Shown: positions 28,163-39,471 of the stretch, in pieces
Layout of the letters: every line of letters starts with the position of its first letter
How positions within the stretch are numbered: the stretch's first letter is position 1
NCBI GenBank assembly: GCA_951406725.2
Contig: OX597819.1
Coordinates: forward strand, 96,286,001-96,350,000
Origin: Octopus vulgaris
Lineage: Eukaryota
Length of the DNA stretch: 64,000 nt
Direction of reading: 5' to 3'
Program-made: the position numbers and the translations under genes
Notes under the pieces: generated by a model
Seen by the model: only the letters and a program-made list of their open reading frames with translations
Databases searched by the model: none
What the model was told of the DNA's origin: nothing

Positions 28163-28555
28163 TTTACTTGTTTTTAATCATTTGACTGCAGCCATGCTGG
28201 AGCACCACTTTTAGTCGAGCAAATCGACCCCAGAGCTTATTCTGTGTAAGCCTAGTACTTATTCTATCGGTCTCTTTTACCGAGCCGCTAAGTTACAGGG
28301 ACGTAAACGCACCAGCATCGGTTGTCAAGCAATGTTGGGGGGACAAACATGGACACACAAACATATATACACACACACATTTATATGTATACACATATAT
28401 GACGGGTTTCTTCCAGTTTTCGTCTACCAAATCCACTCGCAAGGCTTTGGTCGGCTCGAGTAGAAGACACTTGTCCAAGGTGCCACGCAGTGGGACTGAA
28501 CCCACGACCATGTGGCTGGTAAGCAAGCTACGTACCACACAGCCACTCCTGCGCC
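28163..28555 (-). mobile_element. SINE family B, full length
   Basis: Reverse complement of 20545-21025; head aggcgcaggagtggctgtgtggtacgtagcttgc. Confidence 0.92.
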
Positions 28556-28559
28556 TAGT

Positions 28560-29150
28560 TGTGTAGTGGAGTAAAGAGAATAGCTGTAAGATGTGCGAGT
28601 GTGATGTTATTTGTGTTTGATGTTACAAGCATTTTTCATAACGGTGCGGTGAGATCGTATAGGAGAAGGTTGGAAAGCGTGGGTAAGAGATCGCATCATT
28701 GTGAAATGTCATTCACGAAATTGTAAGTTCTGTAGATGCTGGTCACGTACATAAAATAGGATTATCCACCTGATTGTATCGAGTTATTAGGGACCAGACA
28801 ATAATAAGCGTTTAGTCATCTAACAGTGTTGAGTACCTCAGGGATCTGAGTGTATTGAGTATCTCGTGACTTGAGAGTGTTGAGTATTCAGTGACTATAT
28901 AATGCAGAGTAGTTGATGACCTGACAGTTTTGGGTACTTATTGTGTAACGGATTAGCGAGTGGAGCAAGGAATAGTGTTGAAAACTGTGGATATTGAAGA
29001 AAATCAGAATGTTAAATGTTTTTTTCTGTTTTTGAAGATCTCCTATAATTTCTGTTAGGCTTGTGAGTAGTATTGGATGGAGCTCAGCGTAGCGGTGCAC
29101 TTCCACGTTGTGATTTTAATGGAGTGGTGACTACATGGCTTTGTGACGCC
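28560..29150 (-). pseudogene. Possible heavily decayed PLE RT-thumb region
   Basis: Minus-strand fragments TTHKPN and STVFNTIPCS/SLIRY echo the PLE motifs Y.KPT and S.HP...IPYSQ..R; many indels. Confidence 0.35.
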
Positions 29151-29297
29151 AACGATTAAGCTTTCTAGAATATGTGTGCGTATGTGTGTGTGTATTCTAC
29201 TATTTCACTTTGGATTTTGGTAGACCTGTTATGCTTTTGGCCAGCTTCCAGACTGACGGAATTTGACAGAGTTAGTACCAATTGTTGTAAATGTTGA

Positions 29298-29720
29298 GTC
29301 TTAGATTCCCACATTATTTTACGGGGTCTGATGGAAGTAAGAGGTCAAAATGAATGTCTAGGTGGTATGTATGTATTTTTTCATTTAGTGTTCCCATCTT
29401 CTTTGTATATTATTTTTCTTTTTTTGGCGGGTGGCTGCCATTTCTCAAAAATGTCTGTTATGCACGTTTGCTTAGTATTATTGTAGTGTATGTGTATTGT
29501 TGGAAAGTCTTAGATTCTCGCATTATTTTACGGGGTCTGATGGAAGGAAGAGGTCAAAATGATGGTCTAGGTGGCATGTGTGTATTTTTCATTTTATGTC
29601 CCCATCTTCTTTGTATGTTATTTTTCTTTTTTGGCGGGTGGCTGCCATTTCCCAAAATTGTCTATGCACGTTTGCTTAGTATTATGGTAGTGTGTGTGTG
29701 TGTGTGTGTGTATTGTTGAA
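29298..29720. repeat. ~210-bp tandem duplication
   Basis: agtcttagattc..acggggtctgatggaag..ggcgggtggctgccatt..tatgcacgtttgcttagtatta occurs at 29298 and 29507. Confidence 0.9.
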
Positions 29721-29939
29721 AAGTGTAGTGTGACACCTGGTGTGGCCGTTACTGATGTTGTTAATTAGTCTATATACTGTCTCATTGTTTGCTTTGTGGT
29801 TTAGTGGTGGTGGTGGTGGCAGTGGAGCTGATGGCAGTGGTGGTGGTGGCAGCGGTAGTGGTAGCAATGGTGGTAGAAGTAGTACTGATGGTGGGTAGTA
29901 GTATAGAAGCGGTGGCTTGGTGGTGTAGTTGCGGGGTTT

Positions 29940-29993
<54 letters not shown>

Positions 29994-30003
29994 CAGCAGC
30001 AGC

Positions 30004-30046
<43 letters not shown>

Positions 30047-30452
30047 TAAACTGCAACAGCAGAAACGGAGCTAACAATTGTAGTTGCACGAACCCCACCT
30101 ATTTGCTATTATTTCGAACGTTTATAGATTTAAATTGCTTCTGAAAGTTAGTTTGTTACTCATTGATATTCTGAACACACTTTGATATTAATGATTACAG
30201 AAACTCTTTGGGTGGTTGTTGTTGATCCAATTAAAAAGTGAATAAGCATAAAACTAGATTTGAATATGTGCAACTAGAAGTGAATATATGTGTTAACTAG
30301 AAATAAACCAGTGTAACAGAAGTGCACTGGTGTAACTGAAAGTAAAATATATTATGACTAGAGTCGAATGTGTACTAAGAAATATATCAAAGACGTGGGT
30401 TGGTGTAACCATATGTATGTGTGTGTATGTGTGTGTGTGTGTGTGTGTGTAT

Positions 30453-30750
30453 GAAGGCGCGTGGCCTAATGGTTAGGGTGTTCGGCTTACGATCGTAAAA
30501 TCATGAGTTCAGTTCTCGACGTCGCGTTTTGTCCTGAGCAAGATATTTTATTTCACGTTGCTCTAGTCCAATCAGCTGGCAAAAACGAGTAGTGTGTGTT
30601 TCAAAGGGCCGGCTTTGTCACACTTGTGTTACGCTGTATCTCAGGGTATTCGAGTTTGTGGAATGCTCAGCCACTTGCACGTTAATTTCACGAGCAGGCT
30701 GTTCCGTTGACTGGATCAGCTGGAATCCTCATCGTCGTAACCGATTGAGT
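30453..30750 (+). mobile_element. SINE family C
   Basis: gaaggcgcgtggcctaatggttagggtg (A box), gagttcagttctc (B box), cacgttaatttcacgagcaggctgttccgttga..tcgtcgtaaccga. Confidence 0.88.
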
Positions 30751-30776
30751 GCTTATGTATGTATATATTGTTACAT

Positions 30777-30813
<37 letters not shown>

Positions 30814-30816
<3 letters not shown>

Positions 30817-32095
30817 GGTGCTTAAGGTATTTGAGTACATCCCTTTTTTGGGTCATTGCTGGATTTTAGCTAACTTTGTATAATCTTTGTTTCAGAAAAC
30901 GATAATAGCAGATCCTCAGCTTACTCAAGAATTGAAGAGGTATGCTGTTATTGTGGTTATAAAGGCTGAGCATAACGATTTAGAAATATCTTAATTTTTA
31001 AAAGTTGCCAGATCTTTCGTCTAGAAAGTCTGTAAGGAGCTAGAGACTGAAGATGGAAACGTATCACCAGTATCAAAGCATAAAAAGCATTCTAAACGCT
31101 CTGAAATCATCAGAAAACCTGAATTTACCCAGAAAGTTCAACAGACCATTAATTACAATCCCAAAAAGTCCATAAGGTCAATTGCAAAAGATCTTCACGT
31201 GTAAGAAGGAACAGTCAGAAATGTTGTCCACGAAGACATCAGATGTATGTCTTATATGATGAGGAAAGGTCAATTTGTCAGAAAAAGCAAAAGAAAATCC
31301 CTACATTAGATCTAAAAGGCTCTTAAACAAACTGAAAAATCCAGCAGAAGAGTTGATTTGGTTTTTCTTAAACGAGATAGTTATGTGCAGACCTTTCTGA
31401 AGTTCCAAGTGTTATGTACAAAAATTTCCTGCACCTGTCATGATTTTGGGGGTTGTCAGCAATGAAGGGCATACGATGCCTCCTTACTTCTTTCCACAAC
31501 GCCTTAGAGTTAACTGCCGCGTATATTAAGGTCCTGGAAATAATTGTTAAGCCCTGGATAGATAGTGTATGCAATGGAAGGCCATGTGTTTCAGTAAGAC
31601 TCTATACTAACACACATGGCTCTAGGTCCTGGAAATAACTGTTACGCCCTGGACAGACAGTGTATGCAATGGAAGGCCATATGTGTTTCAGTAAGACTCT
31701 GCACTATCTCACATGGCTCTTGTAACACAGGTATGGATGGCTGAAAATGTTCATGATCACATAATCCCTAACATTAAGCCTTCTAATTCCCCAGATCTCA
31801 ATTCATTGGGCTATTACATGTGGAGTATTGTTGAGAGAGAGGTCAATGAACACGCCCATAACACCAAAGATTCTTTGAAAGCTTCCACAGTCAGAGTAAA
31901 GTCCAAAATGAACCAGGACCACTTGATTTAGATCTCATATAAAAGCAGTAGTTGAAGCTGAAAGTGGCTTTATTGAATAACATTATAGAAAAGAAGGTTT
32001 ATTCTTATGCTCATAGAATTTTTTGATAAATAGGGTTATTATCTGTTATTATTATTTTTTTTATAAACATAAATCTGTCCTCACATATCTTACGC

Positions 32096-32101
<6 letters not shown>
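30814..32101 (+). mobile_element. Tc1/maT-like DNA transposon with both TIRs and decayed transposase
   Basis: TA|cagggtgcttaaggtatttgagtaca versus the right-end reverse complement cagagtgcgtaagatatgtgaggaca. Pseudo-ORF KSIRSIAKDLHV*EGTVRNVVHED (HTH) and PSNSPDLNSLGYYMWSIVE (SPDLNP.DY motif). Internal ~95-bp tandem duplication 31529-31720. Confidence 0.88.
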
Positions 32102-32135
<34 letters not shown>

Positions 32136-32322
32136 CAGCTGTATGATATATACATATATATACATACACAGCTGTAGAAATGAGTTGCGACGTCACAGGT
32201 GCCAAGCTGTATCGGTCGTTGACCTTCCCTTGGATAACACTGGTAGCGTGGAGAGGGGAGGCCGGTATGCATGTGCGACTGTTGGTCTTCCATAAAACAA
32301 CCTTACCATATATATATATGTA

Positions 32323-34583
32323 TCTCTTATGATAAAAGGCAGATTTTCTCTGCCAGTTCCCATGTTCCTTTTTAATACAATTTTACAATATAGAATTTCT
32401 TCAATTGGAATTTACCTATGATTCGATTGGGTCATGGCATATAAAGCTTTTTCAATTTGAGCCCCCAATTAAGCAAAAATTCGAGAAAACTCAATATTTT
32501 ACGATTTGCCTCTCTCATTTCAAGTGGTTTACTCCTGCTATTACCACCACACTTTCTCCTACTTTCTTTTTGCAAGTGCGAAACTATTAAAGTGAAAGTA
32601 TTATATAACAGGGATGAGCCATTAATAGTGGTCATCATTTTTACAAGAGGAAGATCCGCTATGGTCTTATATGCTACACTACTGGTTTTCAATTCATATT
32701 AATCAAATTAATATTCAATTTTTCACCCTTATTATGTTGGGAACACTTTCAAACCTGCCTTACATTCGAACCAGAATCTCAAAAACATTGTCCCCTTCAG
32801 CGCCAAGCTCAACTGCTCTATCCTGTCATGGAGGGTATCAGCAATGAAATCTATAACAAAACACTCATTGACGTTGAAGACAGAATTGCTAAACTGGGTG
32901 GAAATGAATTGTCGACGTATGGCCTGCCACAAGCATTCAGGTCAGGGTCAAATAGCCTTCCCACAGCTGTCATTCGTGAAACAACCTACGACACTCAAGC
33001 GCTTTCAAAGTACATTGTTGAAAATGAGCCTAAATTACTTCTGGACCAGCTGCAGGCCTACAAAACTATTCTTAACAGTGTGCGCCAACACGAGGGATGA
33101 ATCTTCTTCCTCGATGCTCCTGGAGGGACAGGAAAAACATTTATTACAAAGCTTCTCCTTGCAGAAGTTAGGTAGCATCAGGACATTGCAGTAGCTGTAG
33201 CCTCCTCTGGGATTGCAGCTACTTTGTTACCCGGTGGCAGGACAGCATACTCAACTTTTAAACTCCCTCTCAATTTAGCAGCATCCGAAATGCCTTCATG
33301 CAACATCAACAAAAGCTCAGATCAGGGACAAGTACTTAAAATGTGTTATGTAATTGTCTGGGATGAGTGCACTATGGCTCACAAGGGAGCTTTGGAAGCA
33401 TTAGATAGAGCCCTGAAAGACATCCGAGACTGTCAGGCTCCAATGGGAGGTGTAACGCTTCTGTTGTCAGGTGATTTCAGGCAAACTCTTCTTGTCATTC
33501 CGAAAGGCACTAGAGCTGATGAAGTTCAAGCATGCCTAAAGTCCTCTACCCTGTGGCATCATGTTACAATCTTTAGTCTCACCACTAACATGAGAGCTTA
33601 GCTACACGGCGACAAAATGTCCACAAAGTTTGCACAGAACATTTTGACACTTGGTGAAGGCAAAATGCCTCTCGATGCTGCAGGACAAATGGAAGTGTGG
33701 TCATTTTCTACTGTTGTTAATTCTGTAGATGACCTCAAAAACAAAGTCTTTCCCAACTTCACACAAAACTACCAAAATCACAATTGGCTGTGTGAAAGAG
33801 CAATATTAGCTCCAAAAAACGTCGCTGTTAACAAAATTAATCAACAGCTAATGCATTCTCTTCCCGGCACTATACACACTTACAAGTCTGTTGATACAAT
33901 TCCAGATATAAATGAAGTTGTGAACTATCCTCCTGAATGTCCCAATTCACTGGAGCCTCCTCGACTACCTCCACACACATTACCACTTAAAGTTGGAACT
34001 CCTGTAATGCTACTCCGCAATCTGGAACCACCAAGACTTTGCAATGGAATACGACTGGTGATAAAGAAAATGATATCACACGTTATGGAGGCGATCATTC
34101 TTTCTGGATGTGGAAAAGGTGATGACGTCCTTATTCTAAGATTTCCTCTTACTCCATCAGGAGCAGAAATTCCATTTACATTCAGAAGACTGCAATTCCC
34201 CCTTCGTGTCAGCTTTGCCATGTCCATTAACAAATCTCAGGGTCAAACCCTCTCTGTAGCTGGTCTTCTCTTGGAAGAGCCCTGCTTCTCGCATAGGCAA
34301 CTGTATGTTGGCTGCTCAAGAGTAGGAACCAAAAGAAATCTTTTTGTATATGCTCCACAAGGAAAAACAAGGAACATTGTTTACAACGAGGTGTTATAAT
34401 CTCAACAGTCAGGAGGTATATACATGATCCCCTTTTTTTTTAACAAACTTCATGTACTTTCATGTATTTATATTAATATACATATATTTGTGTGTGTGTG
34501 TGTATCCATATATATATATATATAACAGAAAATTCTAATTCTTCTATTGAATGTAACCGGGCAACGCCGGGTATCTCTGCTAG
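32323..34583 (+). mobile_element. Helitron, internally deleted (no Rep domain seen)
   Basis: Candidate 5' A|TC end (tctcttatgataaaagg); 3' hairpin ccgggcaacgccggg followed by CTAG|T at 34580-34584; encloses PIF1 helicase. Confidence 0.85.
32828..34399 (+). pseudogene. Helitron PIF1-family helicase (RepHel C-terminal part), three in-frame stops
   Basis: One frame with motifs FFLDAPGGTGKTF, ASSGIAATLLPGGRT, IVWDECTMAHK, GDFRQ, FAMSINKSQGQTL, FSHRQLYVGCSRV. Confidence 0.95.
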
Positions 34584-34646
34584 TATATATATACGTATAT
34601 ATATATACGTATATATATATATACGTATATATATATATATATATGT

Positions 34647-34682
<36 letters not shown>

Positions 34683-34724
34683 GTATATATATATAAATAT
34701 ACATACATACATACATACATATAA

Positions 34725-35058
34725 GTAACTGTGTGGTAAGTAGTTTGCTAACCAACCACATGGTTCCAGGTTCAATCCCACTCAGTGGCACCTTCGGCAA
34801 ATATCTTCTACTATTTCCTAGGGCCGACTAAAGGCTTGTGAGTGGATTTGGTAGACAGAAACTGAAAGAAGCGCGTCATACATATATATATATATATATA
34901 TATACGACGGGCTTCTTTCAGTTTCCGTCAACCAAATCCACTGACAAGGCTTTCGTAGGCCTGAGGCTAAAGTAGAATACACTTGCCCAAGGTGCCACGT
35001 AGTAGGACTGAACCCAGAATCATGTGGTTGCGAAGCAAGCTTCCTACCATACAGCCAC
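34725..35058. mobile_element. Two SINE family B 5' halves in inverted orientation joined by (TA)n
   Basis: 34725-34880 (+) and 34902-35058 (-) are diverged reverse complements of each other. Confidence 0.9.
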
Positions 35059-35127
35059 AGCTATTTCGTTATCATTATCTATAGTTAATGTACGGTGAAG
35101 ACTCATAATTCTATTCTCAATATACCA

Positions 35128-35678
35128 GCAGCCATATTCCTACCGCTCTATGTCACGCTGGTGAGACCCATATTGGAGTACGGGATTCAAGCCTCTTCTC
35201 CTTATCTCCTCAAAGACATACAGCATCTCGAAAGAGTCCAGAAGCTGGCTACCCGCATGGTTCTTGGTTTCAAGAATTTGTCTTATGAAGAAAGGCTGAA
35301 GACGCTCGACCTTTATTCTCTAGAAAAACGACGACGCCGTGGTGATCTCACAACATCATAAGCGGAAAGTGTAACCTCTCGAAAGAGCTGTTCTTTACTC
35401 CTGCTCCAGAGCGTCGGCTGCGGGGTCACTCCGAAAAGCTCAATCTGTGTCGATTTCATCTCAATCGAAGGGAGAGGGGCTTTCTCCGTCCGGGTTGCGG
35501 ATCCGTGGAATAAGCTGCCGGACGAGATGGTGAAGATGCCGACGACCGCTCGGTTCAAAGTCTCCCTAGACCACAAGTGGCCTGAACTCTTCACATGAAC
35601 ACCACCCTGTACATAACTCCATGTCCCCCTACATGGCCTTGCTTTTTGCTTTTTGAGTCAAAAATTAACTAACTAACA
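35128..35678 (+). mobile_element. CR1-type LINE 3' fragment (ORF2 C-terminus, 3' UTR, (TAAC)n tail)
   Basis: LYVTLVRPILEYG..LERVQKLATRMV..LSYEERLKTLDLYSLEKRRRRGDL..LRGHSEKL..FSVRVADPWNKLP; ends aattaactaactaac. Confidence 0.92.
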
Positions 35679-35738
35679 AACATAAAATATGATGTATGAT
35701 ATATATGATATATAATATTAGTACAATATATATATATA

Positions 35739-35833
<95 letters not shown>

Positions 35834-36266
35834 TATGACCTTCCTTTCTTTGTATTTCGCTATGAACATATTTTAATATTTCTAACATTGTATGTGCAGT
35901 GATCCGTATATATACAGCTAACGCAGACACACACACATACACACACACACACACACACATACTTCTAAACACTTCGCACTCACAAACATGTACATATATG
36001 TATATATATATATGTACTCACATATATCTATACGTGTGTGTGGGCGCGTATATATATATTATATGTTTATACATATGAAGGTGGACGTCGGCCCATACAC
36101 GGAATGGGCTGACAAAAGAGAAAAGCATATACGATGGTGGTGATATGAAAATCCCACCACCCTGAAGAAACCAGCCAATGTAGAATCATATGTAAAAGTG
36201 CAAAATCACGGTGGTTCTCCAGCATGACCGCAGCCACAAAGTTGAGATGAAAAAAAGAATAAAAGA

Positions 36267-36306
<40 letters not shown>

Positions 36307-36339
36307 ACAGATATGTATGTATGTATGTGTGTATGTATT

Positions 36340-36371
<32 letters not shown>

Positions 36372-36619
36372 TGTATGTATGTATGTATGTATGTACGTAT
36401 GTATGTATGTATGTATACATACATACATATTTATACACATACGTATGTACTTCATTCCATATCTGTCATCTCTGAAGATCACTGGGTTATATAATCAGAC
36501 TATTACTTAACTCTCCATTGATGCCCTAATGCGAAACCGATTGTTTTGATATGCTGTAATGGATATATAATACAGTACATCTCGATTAATATGTGAGTGC
36601 GTGCGCGCCCGCGTTCGTC

Positions 36620-36795
36620 CCCCATCACCGCTCGACAACTGCTGTTGGTGTCTGTACGTTCCCGTAACAGCGGTTCGGCATAAAAGTTCGGTAGTATACG
36701 TACCAGGTTTTTAAAAAAGTATCGGATTCGACTAAAAGCTCTTTCAAACGGTGCCCCAGCATGGCCGCAGTCCAATGACTGAAACAAGTAAAAAA
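36620..36795 (+). mobile_element. SINE family B, 3' half
   Basis: cagcggttcggca..ggtgccccagcatggccgcagtccaatgactgaaacaagtaaaa. Confidence 0.75.
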
Positions 36796-38046
36796 AAAAA
36801 AGAAACCAAGCAAACAAAATAGAAATATAAATAAGATTCACAAATAACAGGTTAACTTAAACACTCCTCTGTTAGGGAGAGTATATGTGAAGTTGTATTC
36901 CACCATAGATGGCAAACAATACGGAAATATAACGAGGGTTTTGAAAACATGGCATGTGTAGGCAACCAAGTGGGGACATAAGAACTACATTATATGATAA
37001 GTATTAATATATGGATTCTTTTTGTTATGTTATTCACTGGCAAACAATGGAGATGTATTTAACTACCAATGGACCCCGTAGCGCTATATCCTGGTATTTT
37101 TAAATACAATTGTCTGGTTAGTTATGTCAGCGTGTTACCGCAATTACTTGTATTCATAAGTGTGGGAAGAAATCCAGTTCCAGTAAATGTCTACAGCTGA
37201 CCCAATATGTTGTTGCTAGCAACTGCAATATTGACACCAACATGGAGTCTAACAGACATTTATTGCTGTTTTACTTCCGTCATGTTTGTTTTGAGCGACA
37301 ATCTTTGGTGAATGCAGAGTGTTTATAAGTGTGTGTGTGTGTGTGAGTGTATCTATGTATGTATGTGTGTGAGAGAGAAAGAGAGAGACAGAGGGAGAGA
37401 GAGACAGAGGGGTCTATACACACGGATCACTGCACATACAACGTTTGAAACATATTAAAATACTTTCATAGCGAAATACAAAGAAAGGAAAGCTACTTAT
37501 TTCAGATGAAGATCGAGAAGACGGGGTGAAGGAGAGAAAGGGGAAAGAAGAAAGAACAAAAAGGAGGAAAGGAAAGCAGAGAAAAATGAGAAAGAAGGGT
37601 GAGAGAATGAGAGAAAGAGATAAGAGAGAGAAAGAGAGAGAGGAGGAGTGGGAGAAAGTTAAGGCGTGTAAGAAAGAAAAGGCGAAGCGCAGTACGGTGG
37701 GAAATATGTGGTTATGTACATAAGTAAACGTTTATTCTTTTTGTTGCCATTTATAGACATTTGTCTATGGATGAATACACATCTGTCCATGGATGAATGC
37801 GCTTCAATCAATGGTTGAATACATATTTTCTCCATAGATATTTAATTGGGAAAAATTCGCTTATCGTTATTTTCTCACCAGAAGAATCAAGCGTTCGAAG
37901 AAAAGCGTTGTCATTTGTTGGTATTTACAAGACAAAAACTGAAATGTTAGCCAAAAGCTAAAAACTCGCTAAAAATCAAAGGATTTCAGGAGGTTTCAGA
38001 AATGCAAAGCCTTAAATTTTCTCTTTCTTTTTTATTTTTTATGCTA

Positions 38047-38270
38047 TACTTGTTTCTGTCATTGGACTGCTGCCATGCTGTGGCAGCACTTTGATGGGGT
38101 TTAGTCGAAGAAATCAGCCCTAGTGCCAACTTTTACAAAGCCTGGTGCGTATTCCATGGGTCTCTTTTGAGACCTTTGAGAGCCATAACTTTTAACTTAC
38201 AAGAACGTAAACAACTCAACACGGTCGTCAAGCGATGTGGAGAGCAGACGTAAAGATATAGAGACATAGA
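38047..38270 (-). mobile_element. SINE family B, 3' half
   Basis: tacttgtttctgtcattggactgctgccatgctg..ttagtcgaa..gtcgtcaagcgatg. Confidence 0.7.
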
Positions 38271-38294
38271 CACACATGTATACATACGCCTTGC

Positions 38295-38341
<47 letters not shown>

Positions 38342-38472
38342 AAAGTAAAAAAATATACAAACTGGGACAAGAAACACCTAGAAGACGACACAAGAAACAC
38401 AGAACGGGACATTCGAAGCCCTCAATCATCAGTCAAGAACCGGATCATCTTCACAATTTCGGCTGATTAATC

Positions 38473-38512
<40 letters not shown>

Positions 38513-38608
38513 GGGAAGCTTTATGAAAATAAACAAAAGACGAAGGCAGGTGGAAAACAAACGAACAATTGTATTAGTATGGCGCTCAGGAAATATAAAT
38601 AAAACAAG

Positions 38609-38646
38609 TCTTTAACGTTTCGAGCCTACGCTCTTCAACAGAAAGA
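38609..38646 (-). ncRNA. Minimal type I hammerhead ribozyme motif (A6U variant) at the Neptune 3' end
   Basis: Reverse complement: tcttt-CTGTTGA-a-gagc(gtag)gctc-GAAA-cGTT-aaaga; palindromic AACGTT replaces stem III. Confidence 0.7.
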
Positions 38647-38818
38647 TACACAGAGAGAGAAAAACACAGAAAGAAGGAGAGAAAAAAAATGCGTGCAGTA
38701 GCTAACGAATCAACATGGCGATCTGATTTCGGCCAGAGGTCAAAGATCAAACATGAGACGCGAGAGCGAAATAAGGGGAGATAATAGGGTTGATAAAAGG
38801 GTTGAGGGACCAGCTAAA

Positions 38819-38879
38819 AGTGCGTGGGAGGGGTCTGGATGTGTGTATGTATAGGGTTGGTGTATGTATTAGTATGTAT

Positions 38880-38918
<39 letters not shown>

Positions 38919-39170
38919 AGAGAGTATTAGTGCGTAAGATTGGTCTGGACGTGCGTATGTATGGGGTTGGTGTATGTATTAGTATGTATTAGTATGTATT
39001 AGTACGTATTGGTATGTATAGGTATGTGTGTGTGTTTGTGTGAGAGAGTATAAGTGCGTATGCGGCGTCTGGACGTGTGTATGTATAGGGTTGGTGTAAG
39101 TATTAGTATGTACTAGTATGTATTAGTACGTATTAGTATGTATTAGTTGGTGTGTGTATTAGTATGGCAC
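38819..39170. repeat. Three ~115-bp repeats with gtattagtat subrepeats in the PLE 3' region
   Basis: agtgcgt..gtctggacgtg.gtatgtat.gggttggtgta repeated at ~38819, 38929 and 39053. Confidence 0.8.
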
Positions 39171-39471
39171 ATCATATGTGATGTGATGTGTAAAGTCATG
39201 TGGTGTAGTGAGGAGAAGAGGGGGAGGGGGAGAAGAGGGGAGAGGGGGAGAGGGGGAGGGGAGAGAAGAGGGGGAGGAGAAGGGGGAAGAGGAGAGGATG
39301 GGGGAGAAGGAAGTGGAGGAGGGGGATGAAGGAGGAAAGAGGGAGAGGGGGAGAGAGGGAGTGAGGGAGCAGAGGGAAGGGGAAGGGAAGGGGGGAGTAG
39401 GGGTGAAAGGATGAAGGACTGAAGAAGTAGGGGTCGGGGGAGAAAGGATAGGTGAGGAGGGGGAGAGGGGG

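Noticed and set aside
38400-38445. Minus-strand CTGATGA..GAAT GTC hammerhead-like motif in a TA-flanked 140-bp fragment
   Set aside because: GAAA is altered and I could not build stem I pairing; kept only as a TA-flanked fragment.
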